Origin: Rhabdochlamydiaceae bacterium
Lineage (GTDB): Bacteria; Chlamydiota; Chlamydiia; Chlamydiales; Rhabdochlamydiaceae
DNA length: 56,692 bases
Direction: 5' to 3'
Assembly (NCBI GenBank): GCA_027365315.1
Contig: DAHXNQ010000091.1
Location: forward strand, 1 to 56,692
Part shown: positions 43,853 to 53,632 of the stretch, in pieces
How the letters are laid out: each line of letters begins with the position of its first letter
How positions within the stretch are numbered: position 1 is the stretch's first letter
Notes under the pieces: generated by a model
The model's database searches: none
What the model was told of the DNA's origin: nothing
Seen by the model: the letters and a program-made list of their open reading frames with translations, nothing else
Program-made: the position numbers and the translations under genes

Positions 43853-44648
43853 TCTCTCTTGTATAAAATTCTTTTGACAATAGTACAGCTTGGAAGAAGG
43901 GCTCCTCTTCGGTTGGTGTCTGGAATGTAAAGAGCATTTTGTTTTCGAAATAGGGCATTTTCTCCCAGAGAAGCAGAGCTTGAGCGGCTACGCCCCCTTG
44001 GGGATCGAGGAGAGCGAGCTCATATTCTTGCTCTGTGTGTTGGGTCAGCCTCAGAGAAGCTTTGATCTCTTGTTTTTTGGTGATCGAGCAGTGAGCGATG
44101 AGACCGCCATCCTGCTCCACCTCTTTTTTCATCTCGACTGTTCCCAAGAAGCTCATATTTGCCTTGAGTTGGATGAACTCATGCAGTCCGGTTTCAATAA
44201 TACTCTTTGTGTTGGCCGGTTGTGCAGGTTTGTCCGAGGGGGGATCTATGGGCTTTTGTTGGGGTAGCTCTTCGGTTGGTGGCGTGGGCTTGCTTGAAAA
44301 GGGGTCTGAAAGGGGTGGAAGGGGCGACTCTGTGGGTTTGGGTTCGGGCAGATTCTCTTTCTTTGAGGCTGCGGAGACATGGAGAAGAGCCGGTGGGTCT
44401 TCGGAATGCGGAGCAGGTGAGCGAAGAGCGAACCGGCTAGGGAAGAGCCAGGCGAGAAACTTGACTAGCTTCTCCTTGATTCCGGAGAGGATTCTCGAGA
44501 GGAGCGAAGAGTAAGGGGCTGCGGAAGCATGAAGAGGATCCAGTACATTTTCGTAATGTGGAGCTGGTGAGCGAAAAGCGAGCCGGCTGACTGCAGGCGT
44601 CGGGGTGCTGCTTGCGGCGCTTGGGGGAGAGACGGAGCTGATGGACAT
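43845..44648 (-). CDS. Hypothetical Pro/Ser-rich protein carrying two copies of the dispersed element
   Basis: 267 aa. It contains RLAFRSPAPHYENVLDPLHASAA and RFALRSPAPHSEDPPALLHVSAA 50 residues apart, a Pro-rich linker and a C-terminal globular part. I recognise no family. Confidence 0.5.
   Translation of the reverse strand: MSISSVSPPSAASSTPTPAVSRLAFRSPAPHYENVLDPLHASAAPYSSLLSRILSGIKEKLVKFLAWLFPSRFALRSPAPHSEDPPALLHVSAASKKENLPEPKPTESPLPPLSDPFSSKPTPPTEELPQQKPIDPPSDKPAQPANTKSIIETGLHEFIQLKANMSFLGTVEMKKEVEQDGGLIAHCSITKKQEIKASLRLTQHTEQEYELALLDPQGGVAAQALLLWEKMPYFENKMLFTFQTPTEEEPFFQAVLLSKEFYTRETN
44368..44437. repeat. Dispersed 70-nt element, copy B (intragenic)
   Basis: About 90% identical to copy A by eye. 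Confidence 0.75.
44518..44587. repeat. Dispersed 70-nt element, copy C (intragenic)
   Basis: It lies exactly 150 nt from copy B. The ends are conserved (GCTGCGGAAGCATGAAGA... ...GGTGAGCGAAAAGCGAGCCGGC) and the centre has diverged. Confidence 0.7.
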
Positions 44649-44733
44649 GGTGATGGTTTCCGTTCTTGAAGGAAATGGGGGCCAGTTTAACCGATCTTAT
44701 TTTTGCCCGGGCTGGTAAAATTTAAACCGCATA

Positions 44734-46653
44734 TTGGATTGGTTGATTGCTCTCTCTGATGCTGAAAAAGAGAGAGAGCTGCTATCCTCTGCAGCCTTAC
44801 GCCTCTATAGTGGCCGGGGCGTCTCAATTAGGATTCGATCGATGGAAAGTGAGCAAGATGTGCAGGGTAAGGAAGGAGAGGAGCATGCTGTCCCTTCCTC
44901 AGCGGAGACAGTGAAACCCAGAGAGATGAGCCCAGAGATCAGTCCGGAGGTGAAGAACGAGGAGAAAAAGGAAGAAGTTCTGCCTCCACAACTCTCCGAA
45001 GAGGAGGCGCGCGTTGCGATCCAGCAAGGATTTGAGGGGATGCGTGTTGCTTTGGCGAGAGTGCCCCATCCCGATTTTAAGAAATTCTGGGAGGTGCGCA
45101 CCGCTACTGTGCCGCTACTGAAGCTGATCACCGACTCGAAGGAGCGCAGTCTCTTTTGGGACGAGGTGGCGCGCTTGTCGCTGGAGGCAAAGCGCTCGAA
45201 AGAGCATCTGGAGCAGGCCTCAGCCTTTGCTGTCGAGCAGATTCGTCTAGCGGTCGATGCCATCGACAAGGATCTGCAGCGCTTCGACGAGTTGGTGGCC
45301 CTCATTCCTGAGGCGGCCGAGCTGAAGCAGTGTCAGTTTTTAAAGGAGCATGCCGAGTTCTATCTGAAGGCGCAGCGCGAACTGAAGCTGCTGACAGGTT
45401 TAGCAAGCAAGCTGCAGGGGCTGCGCAAAGAGGTTCTGGCAACAGAGATGCGCATGCGAGACAAGGTGAAGTTTCTCGAGCGCCTCAGCAAGCTGGGCGA
45501 TCTGCTCTTTCCTCGCAGAAAAGAGCTTCTGAAGAATGTTTCCGAAAGATTTTTAACCGATATAGGCGCCTTTGCCGAGAAATTTTTCCCTGCGGGGCAG
45601 ATGGCTCAGTCGGCCCATCTAGGAGCTGTGCGTGAGGGGATCCAGCAGCTGCAGCAGGTGGCGAAGATGTTGGCGCTAGCGCCTCAGGCTTTTGGCGAAA
45701 GCAGGACTCTCTTAAGCGGCTGCTGGGAGCAGCTGAAGAAACGCGAGAAGGAGCGCAAGGAGCAGGCGAACGCTGAAAAGAAACGTGAGGCGCAAGCCGG
45801 TGGAAAACGTCAGGAGGCGGAAGGTGGTGAAAAACGGGAATCTGGTGAGCGAAGAAAACGCGGGCCTGGCAGCGGACCCGATGGAAGGCGCCCCGAAAGA
45901 AAGAGTAAGGATCCGGTAGCTCCACTTGTGCTGAGCGACAAGGGCCAGCTGGTAGCGGGCAAGGTGCGCGCTTTCGCCGAAAAATGTGCTGCGGGCGCCT
46001 TTTTGGCCGAAGCGGCCATGGAGGCCTCAGAGGCTCTTCTGGACGAGATGAGGGAGATGCGTCTGCCCAGAGAAGAGGAGAAGCGTTTGCGCGGAGATCT
46101 GTTGGATGCGAGAAAGCCTCTTCAAGACCAGCTGCAGCAGAAGCAGCAGGCGCTTGTGGCTGCGCGCGAAGAGCAGGACCGCCGCATCGCTGAGAAAGGG
46201 GCCGAACTGAAGAGGCAGCTGCAGCAACTGATGGACGAGGCGGACAAGCTGGCCATTACAGAATTACAAGAGAGGCGCGATCAGATCGCGGATCAGATAC
46301 CTTCGCTATCTCTTTCGAAGCTGGAGCGTCAGCGCGCCGAGCAGCAGCTAGCGCGTATCCGCGAACGCATCGCCGACCGCAAAGAGGAAGAGCTGCTGGC
46401 AGCCGATCCCGCTTTGGCGCAGTCGATGCAACATCTCGAGCAGATGTGGGAAGAGAGGCAGGCGCGTCGTCTCCAGTCGAAGCAGCAGCTCGAGAGCTAT
46501 CGCAAGGCGATGGGCGGTTCGGGGCTCGATTTTGAAAAGGCGATGATCTACCAAGATCTCTGCGATGCCGAGCGCGCGCGTCTGGACAAGCTGACCGAAG
46601 AGATTGAGGAGATCGAAGAGAAGATCGCCGTTCTCTTGCCCGAACAGGACTAA
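44734..46653 (+). CDS. Large charged coiled-coil protein
   Basis: Glu/Lys/Arg/Gln/Leu-rich with heptad-like stretches throughout. The start is probably the ATG at 44842 (MESEQDV), since 44734 is TTG. I recognise no family. Confidence 0.55.
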   Translation: MDWLIALSDAEKERELLSSAALRLYSGRGVSIRIRSMESEQDVQGKEGEEHAVPSSAETVKPREMSPEISPEVKNEEKKEEVLPPQLSEEEARVAIQQGFEGMRVALARVPHPDFKKFWEVRTATVPLLKLITDSKERSLFWDEVARLSLEAKRSKEHLEQASAFAVEQIRLAVDAIDKDLQRFDELVALIPEAAELKQCQFLKEHAEFYLKAQRELKLLTGLASKLQGLRKEVLATEMRMRDKVKFLERLSKLGDLLFPRRKELLKNVSERFLTDIGAFAEKFFPAGQMAQSAHLGAVREGIQQLQQVAKMLALAPQAFGESRTLLSGCWEQLKKREKERKEQANAEKKREAQAGGKRQEAEGGEKRESGERRKRGPGSGPDGRRPERKSKDPVAPLVLSDKGQLVAGKVRAFAEKCAAGAFLAEAAMEASEALLDEMREMRLPREEEKRLRGDLLDARKPLQDQLQQKQQALVAAREEQDRRIAEKGAELKRQLQQLMDEADKLAITELQERRDQIADQIPSLSLSKLERQRAEQQLARIRERIADRKEEELLAADPALAQSMQHLEQMWEERQARRLQSKQQLESYRKAMGGSGLDFEKAMIYQDLCDAERARLDKLTEEIEEIEEKIAVLLPEQD

Positions 46654-46657
46654 GCGG

Positions 46658-47242
46658 ATGCAGGCGGCGCTGTTTGGTGGTAGCTTTGATCCGATCCATC
46701 TAGGACATCTAGCCCTCATCCGAGGGCTGACGGAGAGTGGACGATTTGAAAAAATTTTTATATGTCCAGCTGGGATTTCGCCTCACAAACTGGCGGCGCC
46801 GCCCGTAGCAACGGGGCCGCAAAGGGTCGAGATGGCTCGTTTAGCTTGTGAGGGGCTATCCATTTGTGAGGTGATCTCCGATGAGGTGGAGCGAGGTGGG
46901 CCCTCTTATACAATCGATACGGTGCGGGGGTTGCTGAAGAGGCTGCCGCCTGGCAGCAGCCTGCGCCTGGTGTTAAGTATTGCTTTGACCACTTCCTTTC
47001 CCTCCTGGAAAGAGGCTGAGGAGCTGGTGCGTCTGGCACCTCCGCTGTGGGTGCAGCATGGAGAGCTGACGCCCGATCTAAGTTCTTCATTCTATAAAGA
47101 TAAAAATTTTGAATTAATTCGCCTGGAGACGCCCGCCATTTCCAGCACAATGGTGCGGCAGATGCTGAAAGAAAAGTGCTCTTGCCTTCACCTACTACCG
47201 GCAAACGTGGTAGACTATATCCAGCATCAATCCTTATACTAA
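46658..47242 (+). CDS. nadD: Nicotinate-nucleotide adenylyltransferase
   Basis: LFGGSFDPIHLGH and ISSTMVR are present. The start is set to the ATG at 46658. Confidence 0.9.
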   Translation: MQAALFGGSFDPIHLGHLALIRGLTESGRFEKIFICPAGISPHKLAAPPVATGPQRVEMARLACEGLSICEVISDEVERGGPSYTIDTVRGLLKRLPPGSSLRLVLSIALTTSFPSWKEAEELVRLAPPLWVQHGELTPDLSSSFYKDKNFELIRLETPAISSTMVRQMLKEKCSCLHLLPANVVDYIQHQSLY

Positions 47243-47254
47243 CCAAAATAATTT

Positions 47255-47620
47255 ATGACCGATCCTGAAGCCCGCCTTCATGCCATCGCCCAGGCGATCT
47301 ACGACAAGAAGGGAAGCAATATCCTAGCACTCGATCTACGAGGTATCACCGGCCTCACAGACTATGTGATCATCGCCGAGGGCAATGTCGATCGCCATGT
47401 GGTGGCGATTGCCTCTCATGTCGAGCAGACGCTAGGAAAGATGGGAGAGTCTCCCGCCTACATGGAGGGGATGGAGAGTGGCGAATGGGTGGTGATCGAC
47501 TATATTGATGTGATGGTACACATTTTCATCCCCTCTCTGCGTGAGCGCTATCGGCTAGAGGAGCTCTGGAGGAAGGGGAAGATTGTTGATCTGAAGATCA
47601 ACCTGCAAGCAGAGGTGTAA
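47255..47620 (+). CDS. rsfS: Ribosome silencing factor
   Basis: DYVIIAEGNVDRHV and WVVIDYIDVMVHIF are present, and the gene follows nadD in the usual nadD-rsfS order. Confidence 0.9.
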   Translation: MTDPEARLHAIAQAIYDKKGSNILALDLRGITGLTDYVIIAEGNVDRHVVAIASHVEQTLGKMGESPAYMEGMESGEWVVIDYIDVMVHIFIPSLRERYRLEELWRKGKIVDLKINLQAEV

Positions 47621-47624
47621 GCTT

Positions 47625-48887
47625 ATGGCGAAAAAGCGGATTGTAGTCACAGGCATGGGGCTGGTCTCCTGCCATGGCAATGATGTAGAACAGTTCTATG
47701 ATCGGCTGTTGGCTGGCGAGAGCGGCGTCAAGCATATCGACCAGTTCCCCTGCGAGGACTATCCAACCCGAATCGCAGCTCCTATCTCCAATTTTGATGC
47801 GGGTGACTATCTCGACAAGAAGCAGGCGCGCAGAGTCGACCCCTTCATCGCTTTTGGTGTTGTAGCGGGCAAAAGAGCGCTCGAATCGAGCAAACTGCCC
47901 TATAGAGATCTGGCCTCGTCGGGGCTGAATCTTCAGCGCTGCGGCGTGCTGATTGGCTCGGGTATGGGCGGCATGACCACCTTTTCGGAGGGGGTAGAGA
48001 CCCTTATGACAAAGGGGTTCAAACGCATCACACCCTTCTTCATTCCCTACATCATCCCCAATATGGCAGGCGCTCTTCTAGCCATCGATATCGACTTCAT
48101 GGGGCCCAACTATTCGGTTTCGACCGCCTGCGCCACCTCTAACTACGCCATCCATCTTGCTGCGCGCCATATCCGCGATGGCGATGCCGATCTGATGCTC
48201 TGTGGAGGTGCCGAGGCATCTGTCACACCGATTGGACTGGCCGGTTTTGTACAGTGTAAAGCGCTCTCCGAACGCAATGACGAGCCTACGCGCGCTTCGC
48301 GCCCCTGGGATCAGGGTCGCGATGGCTTTGTACTGGGCGAGGGGTCGGGTGTACTGGTGCTTGAAAGCCTTGAGTATGCGCTGAAGCGCGGCGCTCCCAT
48401 CTACGCTGAATATCTAGGAGGGGGGCTCTCCTGCGATGCCTACCACATGACCGATCCGCGCGAGGATGGAAAAGGGGTGGCGCTCTGCATCGAGGCGGCG
48501 CTACAGGAAGCAGGTATTGCCAAAGAAGAGATTAACTACATCAACGCACACGCTACCTCCACGCTGGGGGGCGATATGCGCGAGATCGAAGGTCTGAAAA
48601 AGCTGTTTGGCTCCCATCTAGAAAAGGTGGCGATCAATGCCACCAAATCGATGATCGGCCACTGTCTGGGGGCGGCTGGCGCCATTGAGGCGATTGCTGT
48701 AATTCAGGCGATCAGACGCGGCGAGCTGCACCCCACTATCAACCAGGAGAATCCAGAGCCTGGTGTGGCGGGACTCGATCTGGTTCCTAACAAGTCGAAG
48801 AAGCTCCGTGTGAAGGCGGCGCTTTCTAACTCTTTTGGATTTGGCGGACACAACTCCTGCCTCATCTTTGCCCCCTACAATGGTTGA
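47625..48887 (+). CDS. fabF: 3-oxoacyl-ACP synthase II
   Basis: The active-site Cys (STACATS) and both His motifs (NAHATST, GHCLGAAG) are present, along with NSFGFGGHN. Confidence 0.9.
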   Translation: MAKKRIVVTGMGLVSCHGNDVEQFYDRLLAGESGVKHIDQFPCEDYPTRIAAPISNFDAGDYLDKKQARRVDPFIAFGVVAGKRALESSKLPYRDLASSGLNLQRCGVLIGSGMGGMTTFSEGVETLMTKGFKRITPFFIPYIIPNMAGALLAIDIDFMGPNYSVSTACATSNYAIHLAARHIRDGDADLMLCGGAEASVTPIGLAGFVQCKALSERNDEPTRASRPWDQGRDGFVLGEGSGVLVLESLEYALKRGAPIYAEYLGGGLSCDAYHMTDPREDGKGVALCIEAALQEAGIAKEEINYINAHATSTLGGDMREIEGLKKLFGSHLEKVAINATKSMIGHCLGAAGAIEAIAVIQAIRRGELHPTINQENPEPGVAGLDLVPNKSKKLRVKAALSNSFGFGGHNSCLIFAPYNG

Positions 48888-49315
48888 GAACTTTCGTGCC
48901 ATCTGAAATGACCTATGGAGTGGTACCCCTCAGGCGCACCGCGGCCGGAGTATGGGAAGTGCTGCTGCTGCTGCACAGCAAAGGCTCCTACTGGGGTTTT
49001 CCCAAAGGGCATTCCATTTCGCCCGAGGAAGAGCCGCGCGAGGCTGCAGCGAGAGAGCTTTTCGAAGAGACGGCTCTGACGCTAGAGCGCTTTCTCGATT
49101 TCGAGCCTCTTTGCGAAGAGTACGCCTTTTCTCGAGACAAAGTTCCTGTGGAGAAGAGTGTGGTGTTCTTTCCCGCTATTGTGGAAGGGGAGCCGGTGGT
49201 CGATGGCAAAGAGATCCTCAAGGCGAGGTGGCTACCGATCGACCAGGCAGTGGGCAAGCTCACCTTTGATGGAACTCGCGCACTGCTTCTCTCTTTAGTC
49301 CCTCATCTCCTTTAG
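48884..49315 (+). CDS. NUDIX hydrolase (Ap4A-hydrolase-like)
   Basis: The Nudix box is GFPKGHSISPEEEPREAAARELFEETAL. The start is either the TTG at 48884 (TTGA overlap with fabF) or the ATG at 48908. Confidence 0.8.
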   Translation: MRTFVPSEMTYGVVPLRRTAAGVWEVLLLLHSKGSYWGFPKGHSISPEEEPREAAARELFEETALTLERFLDFEPLCEEYAFSRDKVPVEKSVVFFPAIVEGEPVVDGKEILKARWLPIDQAVGKLTFDGTRALLLSLVPHLL

Positions 49316-49318
49316 GCC

Positions 49319-50125
49319 ATGTTTCGATTTCGCTCTCGACCTCGCTCGCTCACCTCGCTCATGGGTCGCCTGAGCGACCGTCTGAGTGCCTATCGCTCTC
49401 TTGGCTCCTCTCGCCCCACCATCGAGCTCTTTGTGCGCCACTGCAATCCCACCAAATCAGCTGCACAGAGGCAACGTTTTGACGCCTTCTCAAAGGAGCG
49501 CTGCTTTGAAAATCTGGTGGGAACGCTGGATCGCGAACAGGTGAATGTTACCCTGATGCTCGACACCTACCAACCCGCCACCGAACCCCACTTCATCACC
49601 CTGCAAGAGGTCTTTCCGGTAGTCGAGCTGTTTGAAGGAAGCGAGGCGGGCAGTTTCTTGCGCCTACTCGACCATCTGGAAGAGCGGCAGTTCCCTGACG
49701 AGACCATTCTCTACTTTCTGGACGATGACTATCTCCACCGTCCCGGCTGGATCGATGTGCTGCTGGAGGGATTTTCGCTACCCGGTGTGGACTATGTTAC
49801 CCTCTATGATCGGAGGGATCATTATCTCCATCCCGCTGAGCCCAGCAGCCGCCTGTTTCACACCAAGTCCTGCCACTGGCGCACCACTCCCTCTACAGCA
49901 GGCAGCTATGCTGTGAGGGCAGGCACACTGCGCCGTCACCTCGATCTGCACCGGCAGTTTTCTTTGGAGCGCACCCACACCGACCACAGCGCTAAATTTA
50001 CCGAGCTAGCGCGTGAGGGGGCCTTGCTTGTCTCCTCGATACCTGGCTGGTCTACCCATGCCGAGCCCGAGTACGCCTCGCCCTGCATCGACTGGAGCGC
50101 CCTGCTTCAAGAGCTGGCCCGTTAG
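49319..50125 (+). CDS. GT-A-fold glycosyltransferase-like protein
   Basis: ILYFLDDDYLHRPGW has a DxD-type motif, and VTLYDRRDHY follows. The family assignment is from memory only. Confidence 0.55.
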   Translation: MFRFRSRPRSLTSLMGRLSDRLSAYRSLGSSRPTIELFVRHCNPTKSAAQRQRFDAFSKERCFENLVGTLDREQVNVTLMLDTYQPATEPHFITLQEVFPVVELFEGSEAGSFLRLLDHLEERQFPDETILYFLDDDYLHRPGWIDVLLEGFSLPGVDYVTLYDRRDHYLHPAEPSSRLFHTKSCHWRTTPSTAGSYAVRAGTLRRHLDLHRQFSLERTHTDHSAKFTELAREGALLVSSIPGWSTHAEPEYASPCIDWSALLQELAR

Positions 50126-50318
50126 GCGAGCTTTCGAAGCGTTGAGCTTTTTCAGGCCGATTTGCGCAATATAGTGGACCCCAAAAACTGGACCAGGATT
50201 GGGGGCAAGGTCACACCCATAGAGGTCTTCAACGGGTGCCAAATGGAGGCTACCGTTGTTGCACTTCGGAGTTGAAAAGGCGATTCCATCTGTATACTGA
50301 ATGGACTTTTAATTAACC

Positions 50319-50594
50319 GTGTTAGGTCATCTAATGAGTACCACTCCTGTTCAGAGTCACTCCGCACCTATGGGGCATGTGACAGGCGCTTCGCAGCAAA
50401 GAGTTACACCGACTCTTCCTGTGGAAGAATCTTCGATCGCGCAGGCGATCCCCTCCTCATCGCTGCCTTTGGCGCTTTCGCCTCGTAGTCAGCAGCTACT
50501 GCGTCAGTTGCAAGAGGAGATCCCTCCCGCATCAACAGGGTCGGTAGAGGATCTGATTGCGCTGCGCATCGTCAACTCGTTTCCTGTTGGATAG
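50319..50594 (+). CDS. Hypothetical small protein
   Basis: 91-aa ORF, Ser/Pro/Gln-rich with no motif. Coding status is uncertain. Confidence 0.3.
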   Translation: MLGHLMSTTPVQSHSAPMGHVTGASQQRVTPTLPVEESSIAQAIPSSSLPLALSPRSQQLLRQLQEEIPPASTGSVEDLIALRIVNSFPVG

Positions 50595-50725
50595 AGCGAA
50601 AGCGATTTTCGCCCATCTCTATGCTAAGCACCCGCGTGATCGATTAGCGAGCGCTCTTCAAGAGCTTAGAGGATCTTAAACCAAGCGGCGGCTCTGCTAA
50701 GTTTCTCGAGGAGCTGGTTGCTATT

Positions 50726-51187
50726 GTGGGGCAGCATCTTCTCGAGTCACTCCTACAAGAAGTTAACTATGCGATCCACCTGGATGCCAGATGGCGTGTA
50801 TTGAGCGATAGGCGAGATCCGCACAATCTCAGCGATCTTGTGGCTGCCCTCGAGCTGGAGAGAGAGGAGTCCATACCATTTACAGAGAGAGAGCGGGAGA
50901 TTCTAACCCAAGGGGGAAGGATCTTAAAAGAGGGGCGCTATCCAGGTTCGATCGAGGCGGACTCCTCAACCCTTATGCAGCGCTACATAGAGATCGTAGC
51001 TGAGGGGGTGAGGCGCGATGCACTCTTTTTAGAGAGTGGCTCTCTACCCGGTAAGGCGAATATAGGGGCGCTCGAAGAGTGGCGCGGGCTCTATAGCGAT
51101 GCTCTCATCGGCGCTGTAGAGAAGATCATCACTGCACTCGAACGGATGGTTCAACAGCGCTTAGAGAGCTCTTCCCAGCGCAGGTAG
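50726..51187 (+). CDS. Hypothetical protein
   Basis: 153-aa ORF with a GTG start and no motif. Its 3' end overlaps the convergent ABC-F gene by 37 nt. Confidence 0.4.
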   Translation: MGQHLLESLLQEVNYAIHLDARWRVLSDRRDPHNLSDLVAALELEREESIPFTEREREILTQGGRILKEGRYPGSIEADSSTLMQRYIEIVAEGVRRDALFLESGSLPGKANIGALEEWRGLYSDALIGAVEKIITALERMVQQRLESSSQRR

Positions 51188-53001
51188 AGCCGTTCAAGCT
51201 GCACCTCGGCCAGGCCAATAGCGGTGCAAAGCTCCTGCAGGCGATCTGGCGAATCTGCCAGTTCAGGGCGTTCGAGCTCTCTATGCAGACTCTTCAGTTC
51301 AGCCTCGATTTTAGAGATAGCAGTTTCGATCTGGCTGTACTCCCGCTTCTCAGCATAGGAGAGCTTAGGGGAGGCTGGCGGTGGTGGGAGAGCCTCCACT
51401 GCAGGTTTAGGCGTGGCAGCCACCCTCTTGCGATGGGCCGCCTCCCACTGGCTATACTCAGCATAGAGCTCGGCGTGGTCCGGGTCTCCCAGCGCCAGGA
51501 AGCTGTTACAGATGCGATCCAGCATGCAGCGGTCGTGGGTGATCAGCACCACAGCTCCTGGAAATTCCATCAGGCTGCTTTCGAGAGTCTCGAGCGTGGG
51601 GATATCCAGGTCGTTGGTGGGCTCGTCGAGGAGCAGTAGATCAGCCGGCTCCAGCATCAGGTGAGCCACCACAATGCGCGCCCGTTCGCCGCCCGACAGC
51701 ACTCCGATCGGCAGATCGAGACGCTCGGGCGAAAAGAGAAATCTCTGGCACCAGCCATTCACATGAATTCGCTCGCCGCGGAAGTTAACATAGTCGCCGG
51801 TGGGGGAGAGCGCGTCGCGCAGCGAGATGTTTTCGGGTAGCTGCATCCGATGCTGATCGAAGTAGACCGCCTTCAATTCATCAGCTCTCTTCAGGGTGCC
51901 ATGGTCGGGCTGCAGTTCGCCCAGAAGCAGCTTGAGCAGAGTGGTCTTGCCCGAGCCGTTGGGTCCCATCAGCCCCATGCGGCTGCCGGGCGAAAGGGTG
52001 AAGTTGAGGCCCCGAAAGAGTGGACGATCGCCGATCGACTTGTCGAGGTTATGTGCCACAAGCAGCTTACGCGTCTCGCGCTCGGTGGCAGCAAACTCAA
52101 TTGATGCGCGCTGCACACGGTTGCGTCTTTTAATGAGAGCCAGCTCCTCTAGAGTCTCGTGGGCATCTTCTACGCGCGAGCGGGATTTGGTGGTGCGCGC
52201 CTTGGGCGATTCGCGCAGCCAGGCCAGTTCTTTCCGTGCTTTCGAGGCGATGCTTCTCTCTTGGGAGAGCTGCCCCTTTAGTAGCCCCTGCTTCTTCTCA
52301 AGAAAATGAGAATAGGAGCCATCTAGAGCCAGCATTCCCTTGGGATAGACGCGGTCCAGCTCGATGATGCGGCTGGTACTGCTTTCGAGAAAGAAACGGT
52401 CGTGGCTCACTAGCAGGTAGGTGGGAGCTTCCCTAACAAGAAACTTCTCCAGCCATATCACCCCATCCAGATCGAGATGGTTGGTAGGCTCGTCCAGCAG
52501 CAGCAGATCTGGTCTCTGGATCAACTCTTTGGCGATGGCCAGCCGTTTTTTCCATCCGCCCGACAGAGCCGCGGCCGACTTTTCCTTACCGGTGAAGCCC
52601 AGCTTGCTCAGCCAGGTGGCCACTAGTAGTTCCCGTTCGTAATCGGGTAGGGCGGAGTCGACCATCTCGATAAGAATCTGCTGCAGGGGTAGATCATCAA
52701 ACTGGCAGGTCTGCGGCACATAACCCACCTTCAGGCCGCGCTGCATCGAGAGCTCGCCCCTATCGGGGCGCTCCATGCCTGCTAAGATCTTCAGCAGAGT
52801 GCTTTTGCCCGAGCCGTTGGGTCCAATCAGCCCCACGCGGTCTCCCTCAAAGAGAGAGAGCGAGAGATCCTCAAAAAGAGATTGTCCTCCAAATCCTTTA
52901 CTAAGAGATTGGCAGCTGAGTAGTAGAGTCACGAGAGATACTTTAGCAGGAGTGAGATTATCTGCGGACGATTGAAAGCCCCAGGGCGTCGATCCGTCCA
53001 T
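51151..53001 (-). CDS. ABC-F family ATPase (Uup-like, two ABC domains plus a C-terminal coiled coil)
   Basis: Two Walker A motifs (GPNGSGKST, GPNGSGKTT), two LSGG signatures and no TM domain. An alternative GTG start at 52932 would remove the overlap with the upstream gene. Confidence 0.9.
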   Translation of the reverse strand: MDGSTPWGFQSSADNLTPAKVSLVTLLLSCQSLSKGFGGQSLFEDLSLSLFEGDRVGLIGPNGSGKSTLLKILAGMERPDRGELSMQRGLKVGYVPQTCQFDDLPLQQILIEMVDSALPDYERELLVATWLSKLGFTGKEKSAAALSGGWKKRLAIAKELIQRPDLLLLDEPTNHLDLDGVIWLEKFLVREAPTYLLVSHDRFFLESSTSRIIELDRVYPKGMLALDGSYSHFLEKKQGLLKGQLSQERSIASKARKELAWLRESPKARTTKSRSRVEDAHETLEELALIKRRNRVQRASIEFAATERETRKLLVAHNLDKSIGDRPLFRGLNFTLSPGSRMGLMGPNGSGKTTLLKLLLGELQPDHGTLKRADELKAVYFDQHRMQLPENISLRDALSPTGDYVNFRGERIHVNGWCQRFLFSPERLDLPIGVLSGGERARIVVAHLMLEPADLLLLDEPTNDLDIPTLETLESSLMEFPGAVVLITHDRCMLDRICNSFLALGDPDHAELYAEYSQWEAAHRKRVAATPKPAVEALPPPPASPKLSYAEKREYSQIETAISKIEAELKSLHRELERPELADSPDRLQELCTAIGLAEVQLERLYLRWEELSKRC

Positions 53002-53632
53002 GATGGTCGGCTATCGTGGTGATGAGGCTCGATTCAAGGCGGGGGTGGTTAGCCAGCAGCTGGTTAAAGCGATAGATCGCCTCGGCATTCTCATCTCCTT
53101 TGGTGGCGTCGCCGATCTCCTCGCCGCGGGGGATCAGATTATCGCTCAGGATGAGGCTGCCAGGGCGCGATAGCAGCAGAGCCTGCTCGAGATAGGCGGG
53201 ATAGTGCTTCTTATCGGCATCGATGAAGATGATATCGAAGGGGCTTTCATCCCTCTCGACCATCCGCCGCATCTCGGCAAGCGCCATCCCCTCTCTCACC
53301 TCCGCCCGATCTGTCAGCCCAGCCTCCTCCAGTTTTTGCCGCGCCAGCGCAGCATGGTGAGGGAATAGTTCTAGCGAGATCAACTTGGCCTCTTTTGTAA
53401 GTGCCCGCGCTAGCCAGATGGCGCTGTAGCCAGCAAGCGTTCCCACCTCCAGCACCTTTTTAGGCTGCATCATGATGACCAGAGAGTAGAGCAGCTTGCC
53501 CACATAGGCGGGGACATGGATATCTGGCATATGCAGCGCACGCGCCTCCTCCCTCAAACTGCTTAACACCCCATCCTCGGGCGCAAACAGCTCGCTGATG
53601 TACCTTTCGATCTTGCAGGCTCTTTCGCTCAT
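52958..53632 (-). CDS. Class I SAM-dependent O-methyltransferase (caffeoyl-CoA OMT-like)
   Basis: VLEVGTLAGYSAIWLA (SAM motif I) and FDIIFIDADK are present. The start is set to the ATG at 53632, which forms an ATGA overlap with the upstream kinase gene. Confidence 0.85.
   Translation of the reverse strand: MSERACKIERYISELFAPEDGVLSSLREEARALHMPDIHVPAYVGKLLYSLVIMMQPKKVLEVGTLAGYSAIWLARALTKEAKLISLELFPHHAALARQKLEEAGLTDRAEVREGMALAEMRRMVERDESPFDIIFIDADKKHYPAYLEQALLLSRPGSLILSDNLIPRGEEIGDATKGDENAEAIYRFNQLLANHPRLESSLITTIADHHGRIDALGLSIVRR

Noticed and set aside
44368-44587. Whether the regularly spaced 70-nt copies B and C could be a CRISPR array.
   Set aside because: There are only two copies, they lie inside a continuous ORF, they have diverged in the centre, and no further repeats or cas genes are present. 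I saw no CRISPR array anywhere in the window.
45840-45925. A possible fifth, degenerate copy of the dispersed element inside the coiled-coil gene.
   Set aside because: Similarity is limited to short words (CTGGTGAGCGAAGA, GGATCCGGTA) and could be chance in a low-complexity Glu/Lys/Arg-coding region.
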